In this document: one piece after another, positions 1 through 9,887 of the stretch
Layout: the number at the start of each line of letters is the position of its first letter
How positions within the stretch are numbered: position 1 is the stretch's first letter
NCBI GenBank assembly: GCA_965222115.1
Contig: CBDCTJ010000001.1
Span: forward strand, 591,638 to 655,637
DNA from: Planctomycetota bacterium
GTDB taxonomy: Bacteria; Planctomycetota; PLA2; JAEUHO01
Length of the DNA stretch: 64,000 bases
Reading direction: 5' to 3'
The notes under the pieces: model-generated
The model's database searches: none
Seen by the model: the letters and a program-made list of their open reading frames with translations, nothing else
Told to the model about the DNA's origin: nothing
Made by a program: the position numbers and the translations under genes

Positions 1-148
1 ACCGTCGCTCGTGAACCGCCTTTTGAAAGGCGTCACTATGAGGTGAGGGAACGGTGCCGTGAATCCGGTACCGACGAAAGGACTGTGTGCGGAGCCTAAG
101 CATGGGGGCAAGACCGTACGACCACCGGGTGACAACACGGAAGGCACC

Positions 149-949
149 TTATTGCGAGCGGGAACAGGTGTTTCGCAGTGCGTTCTCGTCGATCCAACGC
201 TCCAATTCTCTGCTTTCCACCGGTTTTCCACAACGCGCTCGAAGGTAAGCGCGTGTCAAACGTCTCAATTCGAGAGGTCGAAGGGTTACGCGTAGATCCG
301 TGGCGAGCGTTCTGATGTCAAAACGCTCATTCTTTCCGCGTAACCCCGATGACATGCCGCCCCTTCTACAATCGAGAAACCAAACGGCGCTTGCCGCGTC
401 CCCCTCCTGCACGAGAATGTTGCGCGCGTGCAGATCGCGGTGGACAAATCCGAGTCTGTGCATCGCGCCAACCGACGCGCCCAGTGCGCGCACCGTTTGC
501 GCACGCTTCCACGACGACGTGAGCAGTGCGTCTTCCGGGTTCCTCGCACGCGCTGCGAGATCGGGTGCACCCTCGACCCATTCCGTCAGTAAGGCGTGAG
601 CCACTAGCCTTCTGCTCGTGATCTTGGCCACGGCCATAATCGGACGCACGGCCTGAATGCCATTCATTCGCAGCCAGTGGAGGTTGTCAAACTCGCGAAT
701 ACAAGGCGCGGACCCATACAACGACCCGCGACCGATCAAACCGCGTGACGTTTTCCAACCGGGATAGCGATAGCACTTCAAGTAGAAGCGCCTCGACGTT
801 TGCTCGATGTCTAAATCAACCGTTGTCGTGTACGAACCGGGAGCGTCGTCATTCGCCAGTGCAAGAAACGACTCGGTATCGTGTATGCCGACACGCTTTA
901 GCGCGCTCTGAAGCGCCACATCCACGCGCCACTGGGTAGTTCGACTCAT
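149..949 (-). CDS. Lipopolysaccharide kinase (Kdo/WaaP/InaA family)
   Basis: Kinase motifs FYLK, REFDNL, HRDLHARNIL and FLD; ATG at 949 preferred over the 1033 start. Confidence 0.8.
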   Translation of the reverse strand: MSRTTQWRVDVALQSALKRVGIHDTESFLALANDDAPGSYTTTVDLDIEQTSRRFYLKCYRYPGWKTSRGLIGRGSLYGSAPCIREFDNLHWLRMNGIQAVRPIMAVAKITSRRLVAHALLTEWVEGAPDLAARARNPEDALLTSSWKRAQTVRALGASVGAMHRLGFVHRDLHARNILVQEGDAASAVWFLDCRRGGMSSGLRGKNERFDIRTLATDLRVTLRPLELRRLTRAYLRARCGKPVESRELERWIDENALRNTCSRSQ

Positions 950-1783
950 GTTGCGCACCGTTTTCTCCGAAATTGCGCTGCACACAACGTTGATTGCCCC
1001 TGAAACACGCATGAATCGCGGGTAAACGTTCAACTTGATACGATCGGCGCCGATCTGACGCAGAAATTCTCAATTTGAGAGTCACTTCGCGGTTCCTATA
1101 CCCAAATCGAGTTCAATTCGCGTTGGGCATGAAAGTTGTATCGCGTGTACATGAAGTTGCGCGTTGTTTGGGCGTTCTCGTCCTGCGTGCGCAATGGTGC
1201 GAGCGTCGAGAACGCTTTCGTCATATCTGCAACATTCGTGGCATTTGTGATTCACGCGTTCCGCGCTGCTCGTCGCGCCCCAACGGGTCATGCGAGTGGT
1301 TGCAACGCTTCGCCGAACTTCACCCGTAGATGGTCGCACGTACCGCGACCCCCAGGATCGAGAGGTCGTGGGTCTGAGGGCAGAAGGCGTGGACGCGTGC
1401 CGACGGGCATGGTGCTGTGCCGGAGGGTTGGATTCAACCCGCGTCGCTCGGAGGGTGAACGGCGAATCGCGGCACCGCGGAAGTCGGGAAGGGCTTCCGG
1501 TTCGGATGACTCCCGTCCAGCGTTTCGAAGGCGAAGTCGTCTTGCAAAGGCGAAATTTGTCGAACTTGCTGGGCCGGCGAGGGCAGCAACGGGCAGTTGG
1601 ACATCGTCGCGAAGTGGTTGGCCACCGCGCGCACTGACTGCACGGGCGTCATCGTTATGACGCTCACACCTCGATTCGCTCGATGTGAATCGCCCCGTCC
1701 GATGCGATGGGGCCGTTCGGGGTTCGCCCTGTTCCGTGAGGTGCGTTCAATTCAAATTCTGGCTAGGTTTAGGAGACCGCCGT

Positions 1784-2164
1784 ATGGCTGCACGTAGAAA
1801 GAAGGGACGCCGCAAGAAGAAGGCGACCCGCAGAAAGAAGGCGACACGCCGCAAGAAGGCACGTCGTAAGAAGAAGGCAACGCGCAAGAAGAAGCGTCGT
1901 CGCAAGAAGAAGGCGACACGCCGCAAGAAGCGTCGCAAGAAGAAGGCGCGTCGCAAGAAGAAGCGCCGCAAGAAGAAGGCTCGTCGCAAGAAGAAGGCGA
2001 CACGCCGCAAGAAGCGTCGCAAGAAGAAGGCGACACGCCGCAAGAAGAAGCGTCGTAAGAAGAAAGCACGTCGCAAGAAGAAGGCAACACGCCGTAAGAA
2101 GCGTCGTAAGAAGAAGGCTCGCCGTAAGAAGAAGGCCCGTCGCAAGACGACGCGCCGTAGGTAG
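1784..2164 (+). CDS. Histone H1-/protamine-like K/R-rich protein (126 aa)
   Basis: AGGAG RBS at 1771-1775, ATG 1784; KKKA(T)RR repeats with synonymous codon variation; followed by a terminator. Confidence 0.85.
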   Translation: MAARRKKGRRKKKATRRKKATRRKKARRKKKATRKKKRRRKKKATRRKKRRKKKARRKKKRRKKKARRKKKATRRKKRRKKKATRRKKKRRKKKARRKKKATRRKKRRKKKARRKKKARRKTTRRR

Positions 2165-2216
2165 TGCCGCTTAGAGACGCTCGCGTTCAGCGAACGTGGG
2201 CGTTTCTCCTCTTCTC

Positions 2217-2250
2217 AAACCGCCCGGTACGTTACCGGGCGGTTTTTTTT
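2217..2250 (+). terminator. Rho-independent terminator
   Basis: AAACCGCCCGGTA-CGT-TACCGGGCGGTTT hairpin followed by a T run. Confidence 0.85.
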
Positions 2251-2447
2251 ACTCATGAAGATGCCCAGAGCCTTCGTTTCTCACGTTTCGATTCACAAGG
2301 GCGCGCATCGCCAAGTACGGGAATAGCGCGATTCCCCCTACGGACACCATGCGGGGCCACATGGGGGGTTCGAAACGATCAAAGAGATTCGCCAGCAACA
2401 CACAGGCGACCGTGAACAGGCCGCACGTCCCAACAAATATGCGTGTT

Positions 2448-3983
2448 CTATGGCCGTGGCTGGGCATCGGTTGGCCCTTCACCTGACTCGCCAGGCTCTG
2501 CACCTTCTTCGGCGGCCTTACGCTCGGCCTCCTTGGCGGCGTCGGCCTCCATTTCGCGCAGGCGGCGATAGAGCGTGGCCTTTCCAATGCCAAGAATCGA
2601 TGCAGCGGCTTCGCGGTTGCCGCCCACCGCCAACAAGGTCTGTCGAATCGCTTCACGTTCCAACGTGCTGAGTCGTTGGCCTACGCGAAAAGGAATCACC
2701 TCGGGCGCTGGGACGTCTTCATTGCCGACGTAATCTTGAATGGCGCGAGGCAAATCGGCTGGCACCAACACGTCGCCACGGGCAAGCACCACAGCGCGTT
2801 CGATCGCATTTTCCAACTCGCGCACATTCCCGGGCCAGTTATAGACCTGAATAGCGCGAATCACTGACTCGTCCATGCTCTTGGGACCGTCGCGGCCCGT
2901 GGCTTCAAGCACTTTGGCGAGGTAATGGTCGGCAAGCAGAATCACATCGCCCGGGCGTTCGCGTAAGGGCGGCACGTGAATCGAAATCACATTGAGGCGC
3001 CAATAGAGGTCCTCGCGGAAGCGTCCTTCGCGTACTTCGGCTTCGAGGTCGCGATTGGTGGCTGCGATCACGCGCACGTCGGTGCGGATGGTTTCACTGC
3101 CTCCCACGCGTTCAAACTCGCCTTCTTGCAATACGCGCAAGAGCTTGACCTGGAGCGGCAAACTGAGTTCGCCAATCTCATCCAGAAAGAGCGTGCCGCC
3201 GTGGGCGAGTTCAAATCGACCCTTGCGCTGTTCATGGGCCCCGGTGTAGGCCCCCTTCTCATTGCCAAAGAGCTCGGATTCGAGCACACCTTCGGCCAGC
3301 GCGGCACAAGCCACCTTAATCAGCGGCCCATTCGCGCGCTCGCTCTGGGCGTGAATCTCCTCGGTGAGTAACTCCTTACCGGTGCCGCTTTCACCAAGCA
3401 GCAGTACCGTGCTGGACACCGGCGCAACGCGTTCGATGACGTCGAGCACGGAACAAAACGAAGGGCTGGCGCCAATGAGCGGTTTGCGAGATGCACTAGG
3501 CGCTCCATGCCCGTTGGAACCACCGTTTTTGCCACCATTCGCTCCGTTGGCGTCATCGGCACCACGATTGACGGAACGGGACGCGTCACTCGCGACCTTT
3601 GGCCGCTCCGAGATGGCGCGTTTTATCGCGCGACGCACATCGCGAAGTCGAATGGGCTTTTCTAGTACGTCACACACGCCGCGGCGGACGGCTTTTACGG
3701 CCGTGTCTACGCTCGCGAACGCCGAAATCAAAATTGCCGACACGTCGGGCTGCACAACGCGCAGGCCCTCCAAAAACCCCAGGCCATCCAAGCCCGGCAT
3801 CTTGAGGTCGGTAAGCACCAAGTCGAGATCGTGGTCCTGCGCTAGCGTAAGTGCGGCATTGCCCGTCTCCGCCGTGAGAACGGTGTAGCCATCGCGTTGC
3901 AGCGCGCGTCCCAATGACTCACGCGTGTTGCGGTCATCGTCCACGATCAGAATCGTGCGGTCGGTGTCGAGTGTTCGAACCAA
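2448..3983 (-). CDS. Sigma54-dependent response regulator (NtrC/AtoC family)
   Basis: Receiver ILIVDDD...DLKMP, Walker [15 protein letters not shown] loop, [10 protein letters not shown], Fis-type HTH. Confidence 0.95.
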   Translation of the reverse strand: MVRTLDTDRTILIVDDDRNTRESLGRALQRDGYTVLTAETGNAALTLAQDHDLDLVLTDLKMPGLDGLGFLEGLRVVQPDVSAILISAFASVDTAVKAVRRGVCDVLEKPIRLRDVRRAIKRAISERPKVASDASRSVNRGADDANGANGGKNGGSNGHGAPSASRKPLIGASPSFCSVLDVIERVAPVSSTVLLLGESGTGKELLTEEIHAQSERANGPLIKVACAALAEGVLESELFGNEKGAYTGAHEQRKGRFELAHGGTLFLDEIGELSLPLQVKLLRVLQEGEFERVGGSETIRTDVRVIAATNRDLEAEVREGRFREDLYWRLNVISIHVPPLRERPGDVILLADHYLAKVLEATGRDGPKSMDESVIRAIQVYNWPGNVRELENAIERAVVLARGDVLVPADLPRAIQDYVGNEDVPAPEVIPFRVGQRLSTLEREAIRQTLLAVGGNREAAASILGIGKATLYRRLREMEADAAKEAERKAAEEGAEPGESGEGPTDAQPRP

Positions 3984-4176
3984 GAGAATCCTCGCCGAAG
4001 AGTGTAACGTCCGGCGGCATTATGTGTGTGGGGTACCCCCGTGGTCACTTCCAATTAGCTCTTGGTCAGGTCCGCGGGACTGCGTGATAGCGAACTCGCG
4101 CGCTACGTAGCCGACCACTGCGCTGGCATCGAACCATCGAGGCCGAGCTGGAGATGCAAGTCGTTGACGTCAATCA

Positions 4177-5016
4177 TCACTTGCCCAGGGGGCGCTTAGT
4201 GTATCGGTGAATAGAAACTGGCAATATGTCGATGGACGACTCAAGAGAAATGTCGGAACTGAGCTTTTTCCGCCGGCCCAACCGAGGAAGCTGCTTGGGT
4301 GAAGGGCCATAAATCGGACGCTGGCTCAGATAGGTGCTTCCATTGAAGGCCGAGATCACATAGGTCAGAAATTGCGAAGGAAACACATCCTCAAGGGCGG
4401 GTTCCTCAATGCCCAATCGGCCAAAGTCGTCCTCGGTCACAAGTATGAGATTGGTATCCGTCGCCGTGACAAGTCGGTAGTTCCGTTCATGAGCCAACTC
4501 CACGAGGGCCCTCGCCGATGCACCAAACGGCCCGCGCCCCGCTTGCTGCACCATGGACACCGACGGCGGAACGGTTGGGTTGAATTCAATCACCAAGCAG
4601 CGTGGGCGCAGCTCCTTTAGGTTGGCAAACAGATGGTAGTCATCGCCGTCGATGTCGATCGACAGCAGATCGAGGTCCTTAGGAACACCGCGCGGTACAA
4701 GCAATGCGTCGAGTGCATGCTCGCCCGTTGGTGTTGCAAGCGCGTGAATAACTTGCACGGAAGGAAACTCGGCGGTGCTTTCGCGGAGTGCCTCACAACG
4801 ATCCCTCTCGCATTCAATCAATGCCGCCGACCAGCCCTCGTTGTGCCAAAGCTGCCACACATTGCTAAGGTATTTTCCATCCCACGCACCTAACTCGACG
4901 CAGTATTTGTTTCGTATTCCCATACGGGAGAATACTTCTTTAAGAACTCCGTCTTCTCCCGACTGGGACGTGACGGAACTACGACACTCATTGAACGGGG
5001 TGTTGAGGCTTTGCAT
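4177..5016 (-). CDS. FkbM-like SAM-dependent methyltransferase
   Basis: SQSGEDG, VELGAWDG, LLSIDIDGDD, IEFN motifs; AGATACCAAGC junction 10 nt upstream of the ATG. Confidence 0.7.
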   Translation of the reverse strand: MQSLNTPFNECRSSVTSQSGEDGVLKEVFSRMGIRNKYCVELGAWDGKYLSNVWQLWHNEGWSAALIECERDRCEALRESTAEFPSVQVIHALATPTGEHALDALLVPRGVPKDLDLLSIDIDGDDYHLFANLKELRPRCLVIEFNPTVPPSVSMVQQAGRGPFGASARALVELAHERNYRLVTATDTNLILVTEDDFGRLGIEEPALEDVFPSQFLTYVISAFNGSTYLSQRPIYGPSPKQLPRLGRRKKLSSDISLESSIDILPVSIHRYTKRPLGK

Positions 5017-5233
5017 GTGGCGCCAAGATACCAAGCAAAGGCACGATCCTCACATTTGACGCGTTTCGTCGAGCGCGTGTCAAGTGTGTTGCGATGCATG
5101 GAACACGGCGGACGAGGGACAGCTTGTCCATCGTGACGCGAGATTGGGCATTATCTACAATCCAATACATGAAACGAGGCTCATTGGGATGTGCCATGAT
5201 GCCCGGCGCTTTCGCATCCATACTCGGATGCCG

Positions 5234-6766
5234 TTAGTCCCGCGCAATGCCATCTGCGTCGTAGCGAATAAGAAGAAGGTCGTCGCGCTGAAATTCAGAG
5301 TCAAAGATCTGCTCGTTGGGCGTGCCCAAGTTCACCGTGAAACTCTCGTAAAACGTTCCGCCAATCACAAAGCTGCCGTCGTCGAACGCCGCAATGTCGC
5401 CCCAGGGCGATGTGGAGCCAATGCCTCCGTCGCGGCGAGCCCAAATGAGCGCGCCGGACGCGTCGAACTTGGCAATGAGGTAGTCGTTGCGCTCAAATGC
5501 AGCAAGGTGCAACTCGTCATGGCTATCGGGGTTAATCGTCACGACACCGGGTCCCTCGCCCAGCACAATGAAGGAGCCATCGCCCAAGGCAGCGATGCCA
5601 AGTGAATTCAAGAACGTGTCGACACGATGCTCGAGGTATTTGGCCCAACGCACACCACCATCCACGTCGAAACACGCGATAAATGAGTTTGCATCACTCT
5701 GACTGGTCAATGTCATTGCATCGGGTTGCCCGACGTTGAGCGTCATTGCGCCAGCGTTAAACGTCCCAAACACAGCCACCGCTCCATTGGCTAGCACCGT
5801 AGCCTCGCGTAAGAACTCTCGATTGGTGCCCGTCGCGTGGCGGGCCCAACGGACCGCCCCATTTGCATCCAATCGCGCAATGTACCCGTCATCAATTCCG
5901 TCCGGCACAAAGACCTGCTCGCGTGGCGTCCCACTGGCAAACGTCGTTTCCTCTGTAAACGTCCCGGTCACAATCAACTCGTTGCCCGGTAGGGCGGCGA
6001 TGCCCATCGCCACGCCAAATCCCGATCCGATACCGGGCGTCGTGGCGTATATGAGGGAGCCGTCGGACGCATAGCGTGCCACGAAATTCGTTACCACGGC
6101 CGTCGCCACCGAAGAAAGTGTGGTTTCGCTCGCTTCGCCTTCCCCAAATGTGGCCTCGGGGTCAATGTATCCGCAGAAAGCCGCCGATCCGTCGGCGAGC
6201 GCGCATGCAGAGTTTATGCCGGCACGATATCCACGTATGACGCGCACCCACAGCAACTCACCGGTCGCGGAGAACTTGGCGGCGAACGTGCTTTCCGTTT
6301 CATCAAACACAAAGGCATTGGGCTGGAGCGGGGCGACCTCGGTGCGGCCGGAGGCCGTTCCCATCACCATACAGGCACCATCGGGAAGCGAAACGACGGC
6401 GCTGAGCCGCGCGAAATCGTCGCTCTCAACCGTGCACACCCACCGAAGACGGCCGTCGGCTTCGTAGCGACAACAAAATCCGGTTCCCGTGCCGGCTCCC
6501 ATGCGCGTCGTTTCACCGCTACGTCCCGGCGCAAACGTGTGCGTATTCTCGAAGGAGCCGCAGGTTGACATGGATCCATCACTGTGAATCGCAACATCGT
6601 CGGTGTAGTCAAATCCCGACCCGGTTTCGATGGAAATGAAGGACGAGGAGGCCAGTTCTAGGTCGGCGTCCTCGCCTCCACCACCGCCTCCGCCACAACC
6701 CACCATCAACAGACTGATGGCACAGATGCCTACAATGAGTCTCCGATCGCTGGTTTGCCTGGACAT
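5234..6766 (-). CDS. Lipoprotein with beta-propeller (SBBP-like) repeats
   Basis: Lipobox MVGC plus poly-Gly linker; repeated (F/Y)IARxDxxGxxxW blades; AGGAG RBS. Confidence 0.8.
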   Translation of the reverse strand: MSRQTSDRRLIVGICAISLLMVGCGGGGGGGEDADLELASSSFISIETGSGFDYTDDVAIHSDGSMSTCGSFENTHTFAPGRSGETTRMGAGTGTGFCCRYEADGRLRWVCTVESDDFARLSAVVSLPDGACMVMGTASGRTEVAPLQPNAFVFDETESTFAAKFSATGELLWVRVIRGYRAGINSACALADGSAAFCGYIDPEATFGEGEASETTLSSVATAVVTNFVARYASDGSLIYATTPGIGSGFGVAMGIAALPGNELIVTGTFTEETTFASGTPREQVFVPDGIDDGYIARLDANGAVRWARHATGTNREFLREATVLANGAVAVFGTFNAGAMTLNVGQPDAMTLTSQSDANSFIACFDVDGGVRWAKYLEHRVDTFLNSLGIAALGDGSFIVLGEGPGVVTINPDSHDELHLAAFERNDYLIAKFDASGALIWARRDGGIGSTSPWGDIAAFDDGSFVIGGTFYESFTVNLGTPNEQIFDSEFQRDDLLLIRYDADGIARD

Positions 6767-6983
6767 CTACTACTCCTGAACTAGGTCTCGAAGTGCTAAG
6801 GCGTAGATGCCATGTCGGCTTGACCGCAAAATCTGGAATTTCCGAGCGATGGTGGCTTTGCCTACCGACTTAGGGCTCCCCCAGGAGGCCATCAAGCAAC
6901 GTGTGGACGCGCTTTGAGTCCCCGTGGAACCTCAATCGACGTCGAACGGCGTAGCTGTACATCTCCAGACGTCGCTAGAGGTT

Positions 6984-7280
6984 CTAATATTCCTCGACCC
7001 GAATGTCGTCTTGCGCTGCGCGTCGATAGGAGCGCTGCTTTAACGAGGCACCGGTAAAGAACACGCACACGCCAAGCACCAACAACCCAAATGCGTATAA
7101 CGCCAGGCTCCAGCCAAACCACCCAACCAGCGCCCCCACGATAGACACGCAACCCGCAGCGATGGCCAGCATCGCCATGAGAATCCCAATGTAATAGAGG
7201 CAGTCGCCTAGAAACCACGTGCGCGCCGCGGGATGATTGCGCCGACGCAGTTCTTTATAGAACGGCATGTCCATTGACAT
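6984..7280 (-). CDS. Small membrane protein, hypothetical
   Basis: 98-aa ORF with two hydrophobic helices. Confidence 0.6.
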   Translation of the reverse strand: MSMDMPFYKELRRRNHPAARTWFLGDCLYYIGILMAMLAIAAGCVSIVGALVGWFGWSLALYAFGLLVLGVCVFFTGASLKQRSYRRAAQDDIRVEEY

Positions 7281-7583
7281 GGATGCATGATACAGCGTCT
7301 CGAGGCAGCAGATTCTACCGTTCGCGGATTCGCTTCCAAGTTGCCAGGCGAATCGCCATGCCGCTCACCATCGCTCGTGGTTGCCGGCAACTAAAGGGCG
7401 CCGCCCACCACCGACGACGTGCGAGTCGATGTTCAAGCTCGGCGAGACTCTCCACGAAATGCTCACCGGCCATCTACTGCTGGGCAGGGTGGGCGTTTCC
7501 AGCCGATACGCGAATTCTCTAGCGGCAATGAAATCGATAGCTTCGGTTTCCTACATAGCACGTGAACCCCTTGGAGAATCCCC

Positions 7584-7715
7584 ATGAAGGTCCTCGCGTT
7601 ATTGCTGATTTCACTCTCGCTTACCGCGTGCGGTGGCGGTGGCGGCGGGTCTGAGCCAGCCAGCGTACCAAACCACTGGGATCAAATGGTGTGGGATCAA
7701 GGGTTATGGGAGTAG
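7584..7715 (+). CDS. 43-aa lipoprotein with C-terminal WDQMVWDQGLWE motif (absent from the ORF track)
   Basis: GGAGA RBS 7573-7577; MKVLALLLISLSLTAC-GGGGGG-SEPASVPNHWDQMVWDQGLWE*. Confidence 0.75.
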   Translation: MKVLALLLISLSLTACGGGGGGSEPASVPNHWDQMVWDQGLWE

Positions 7716-7770
7716 TTGGCAGCGGACCTGCGACTACGTCCTCGAACTCGACTCAAGTTGGAGAATCACG

Positions 7771-8397
7771 ATGCGACATTCGAAATATGTAGCGTGGAGC
7801 GCAATGCTCCTTCCGGTGGCACTGGTGTGCGCCGGTCTCGTCTATGCAAGTTCGGTCACTACGCCAAACACGTTCGTTGGGGGCACGGCAGTCGTTGCCG
7901 CAGAAGTAAACGCAAACTTCTCGGCGCATGCAGCCGCCATCAATGATAACGATGCGCGACTCAGCACGTTGGAATCAACCGCAATCACTCAGTTTCGGCG
8001 CCAACTTCACAGCTTTGATACGGAGTCCGCCGTATTTACCAATTCGCTAGGTGTTGCCCGACGGGCAAATCTGATGCGTGTCACTAAACATCATGATGAC
8101 ACGAAGTTTGAACTGGTATACGACGGCGAGTTCTCGCTTACAGAGAACAGCTCCGCCACGTTTTCTCTTGCGTTTGGACTGGATGACTTCAACCCCGGTA
8201 GCTTTCCGGCGCAGATCGAACGAATCTACGATGGTGCGCTGTTTGGAGAAGGCAACTTTCGCACCATTTACGACGGGCTACCTGCTGGCGAGTACACCGT
8301 CACCGTATGGGGTAGGGCGCACGGAGGCACCGCCACTGGACTCACGCTCTCTCCTCGCAATTCAAGCGAAACGTTCTTTATCAAAGAGTATCGATAA
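7771..8397 (+). CDS. Secreted protein with N-terminal PNTF..AAEVNANF motif (fibre/adhesin-like)
   Basis: GGAGA RBS, ATG 7771, signal peptide, short coiled coil, then a beta-rich C-terminal domain. Confidence 0.75.
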   Translation: MRHSKYVAWSAMLLPVALVCAGLVYASSVTTPNTFVGGTAVVAAEVNANFSAHAAAINDNDARLSTLESTAITQFRRQLHSFDTESAVFTNSLGVARRANLMRVTKHHDDTKFELVYDGEFSLTENSSATFSLAFGLDDFNPGSFPAQIERIYDGALFGEGNFRTIYDGLPAGEYTVTVWGRAHGGTATGLTLSPRNSSETFFIKEYR

Positions 8398-8488
8398 CAC
8401 GGATGCCGAGCCAGATGAGCTACCGGCCTGTTCATCTCATTTTGGTATCTTCGGTTTCCAACAAAACCGCTTGACAGGGCTAACCGTT

Positions 8489-8508
8489 TAGAGATGACTC
8501 GGTATCTT
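8489..8508. repeat. Junction motif TAGAGATGACTCGGTATCTT (19/20 inverted copy at 27151-27170; degenerate copy at 12706-12723)
   Basis: Direct sequence comparison. Confidence 0.9.
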
Positions 8509-8796
8509 CTATGGTGCTTTGCGAATTCCAGCCCTTTGTTCATAGGAACGAAGCTCGCGCTCTAGTGTATGGGCAGTTCCAAGCTCTATTACGGTACCGT
8601 CGCTCGCCATTACGAGCAGAGGCCCGAGACCCAAGATACCTTGCAATTCGTCGCCAGTTTCTACAGCGACCTTGGAATTGAAGCAGAACACCCACCCGTA
8701 GCTTGTCGGGTGCACGTAGGTTAGTGCCAACGGTATTCTCGTGAGAGAACTCGCGTGCTCTTCGGCCAGACTCTGGGCTTTGATGCGTGAAATCAT
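8509..8796 (-). CDS. Imm35/YrhB-like immunity protein
   Basis: YGWVFCFNS...LGLGPLLV..DG signature; AGGAG RBS; preceded by a papain-fold toxin tail. Confidence 0.75.
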   Translation of the reverse strand: MISRIKAQSLAEEHASSLTRIPLALTYVHPTSYGWVFCFNSKVAVETGDELQGILGLGPLLVMASDGTVIELGTAHTLERELRSYEQRAGIRKAP

Positions 8797-8804
8797 AAAT
8801 TCTC

Positions 8805-8882
8805 CTAATTCGTTCTAGCGTACGAAATCCTGGCGAAACCGCGAAGATCAGCGCCTTTGGGCGATTGCCCGTCAAGGTAGCG
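8805..8882 (-). pseudogene. 3' remnant of a papain-fold (Tox-PL, glutamine deamidase-type) toxin
   Basis: Reads RYLDGQSPKGADLRGFARISYARTN*, resembling the (F/Y)LDGQ...RTN* C-terminus of that family; cut by the junction motif at 8884-8896. Confidence 0.65.
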
Positions 8883-8900
8883 CTGACTCGGTATCTCCGC

Positions 8901-9128
8901 CTACCGAGGGAGCCACGATGCCTTGAGTATGCGTTCGCTGGCGTCCTCGATTTCGATTCTAGCGTTCATTCCTCGCGCATTCGTATTCGTGTGGACTTCC
9001 CAGATGATCGGACCAAAGAACAGCCAACGTCGCCGTCGCTTCACACGTACGGGCTCCTTCCATAACCAACCACGTCGTTCGATCTCAACCCTAGCAATCA
9101 CTTCTGCACGAACTCGATCTATTGACAT
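8901..9128 (-). CDS. Small hypothetical protein (possible immunity cargo)
   Basis: GAGGAG RBS, 75 aa; stop 4 nt from the junction motif. Confidence 0.65.
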   Translation of the reverse strand: MSIDRVRAEVIARVEIERRGWLWKEPVRVKRRRRWLFFGPIIWEVHTNTNARGMNARIEIEDASERILKASWLPR

Positions 9129-9139
9129 AGCCGTGCTCC

Positions 9140-9349
9140 TCACTCAGCCGAGACGGCGTATTTGACGTCACCCACGATGATCATCGCCCCAGTCGCCTCA
9201 CCGACAACGCGCCTCAGCGACACGTACGAAGTCGGTCTTCTTAGCGGGAATCGTATCGCATCGGGAAGACCCTTGATGCCGCACGCCCGCGGTTGCGCAT
9301 CCGCCTCTGCTAGGACCTCCTCGAGATAGCGATACAAGTGCGAGCGCTG
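9140..9349 (-). pseudogene. 3' fragment of an unidentified gene truncated at AGATATCAAG (9350-9359)
   Basis: Open frame with no credible start, ending just upstream of the RBS of 8901-9128. Confidence 0.4.
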
Positions 9350-9430
9350 AGATATCAAGAGAATCGATCGCCTAGGTCGATGCCAATTGTCTCGATGATG
9401 CGTTTATGCATGCTGGTAGTTCCTCCTGGG

Positions 9431-9518
9431 CCGTAGAACCCGTTGTTTATTTGCAGCACGATTTACCGTGACAGCGTGACAGGGGAACTACCGGCCTTTT
9501 CACCCCATCTCGGTATCT
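9431..9518. repeat. ~88-bp conserved non-coding arm ending in the junction motif (second copy 25381-25466; partial copies 8417-8450 and 26166-26191)
   Basis: Shared blocks CCGTAGA, GCAGCACG, CCGTGAC, CTACCGGCCTTTTC, CATCTCGGTATC. Confidence 0.85.
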
Positions 9519-9848
9519 TCATCTTGACTTCGAAATTTCGGCAGCCAACTTGTAGGCGAGGCTGTAGTACATTTCATAATATGGAGAGTCGTTTGGCACA
9601 TATTCAATCGCTTCGAGACTAACGATCAATCCAGTAGAAGCTCGAAAATCCCTTATGGCCTTGGTAACCGCCTCCAAAACGCGCGCTGGTTCGACGCTAG
9701 ACGAGTTATCCTCACGCACCCTAGCTAGCGGAATCAACCTCGGTGGCGAGTCGTTTTCACCCAACGCGGGCACTAGGCCGAGGAGAACATGTCGCAACCC
9801 GCTGTCAAACATTGCGCGAAATGAGTTACCGCTACGATAAATCTTCAT
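9519..9848 (-). CDS. Putative orphan immunity protein
   Basis: GGAGG RBS; start overlaps an upstream stop (TAATG) of a gene reduced to about 5 codons; stop abuts the junction motif. Confidence 0.6.
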   Translation of the reverse strand: MKIYRSGNSFRAMFDSGLRHVLLGLVPALGENDSPPRLIPLARVREDNSSSVEPARVLEAVTKAIRDFRASTGLIVSLEAIEYVPNDSPYYEMYYSLAYKLAAEISKSR

Positions 9849-9887
9849 TACTTGCCCTCCAGCGGATACCAAGCCGCGTATCCTTCA

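Noticed and set aside
1747-2145. Antisense F/L/R-rich ORFs over the histone-like gene
   Set aside because: Shadow frames of the AAG/CGC repeats; the + frame has the RBS and terminator
4120-7300. Degenerate motif-like words near 4125, 5215-5232, 6958 and 7281
   Set aside because: Too degenerate or too far from stops to count as junctions without statistics
8634-8640. AGATACC inside the Imm35 gene (and GATACC near 11047)
   Set aside because: Core only, lacking the RAG arm and lying within intact ORFs; treated as chance matches
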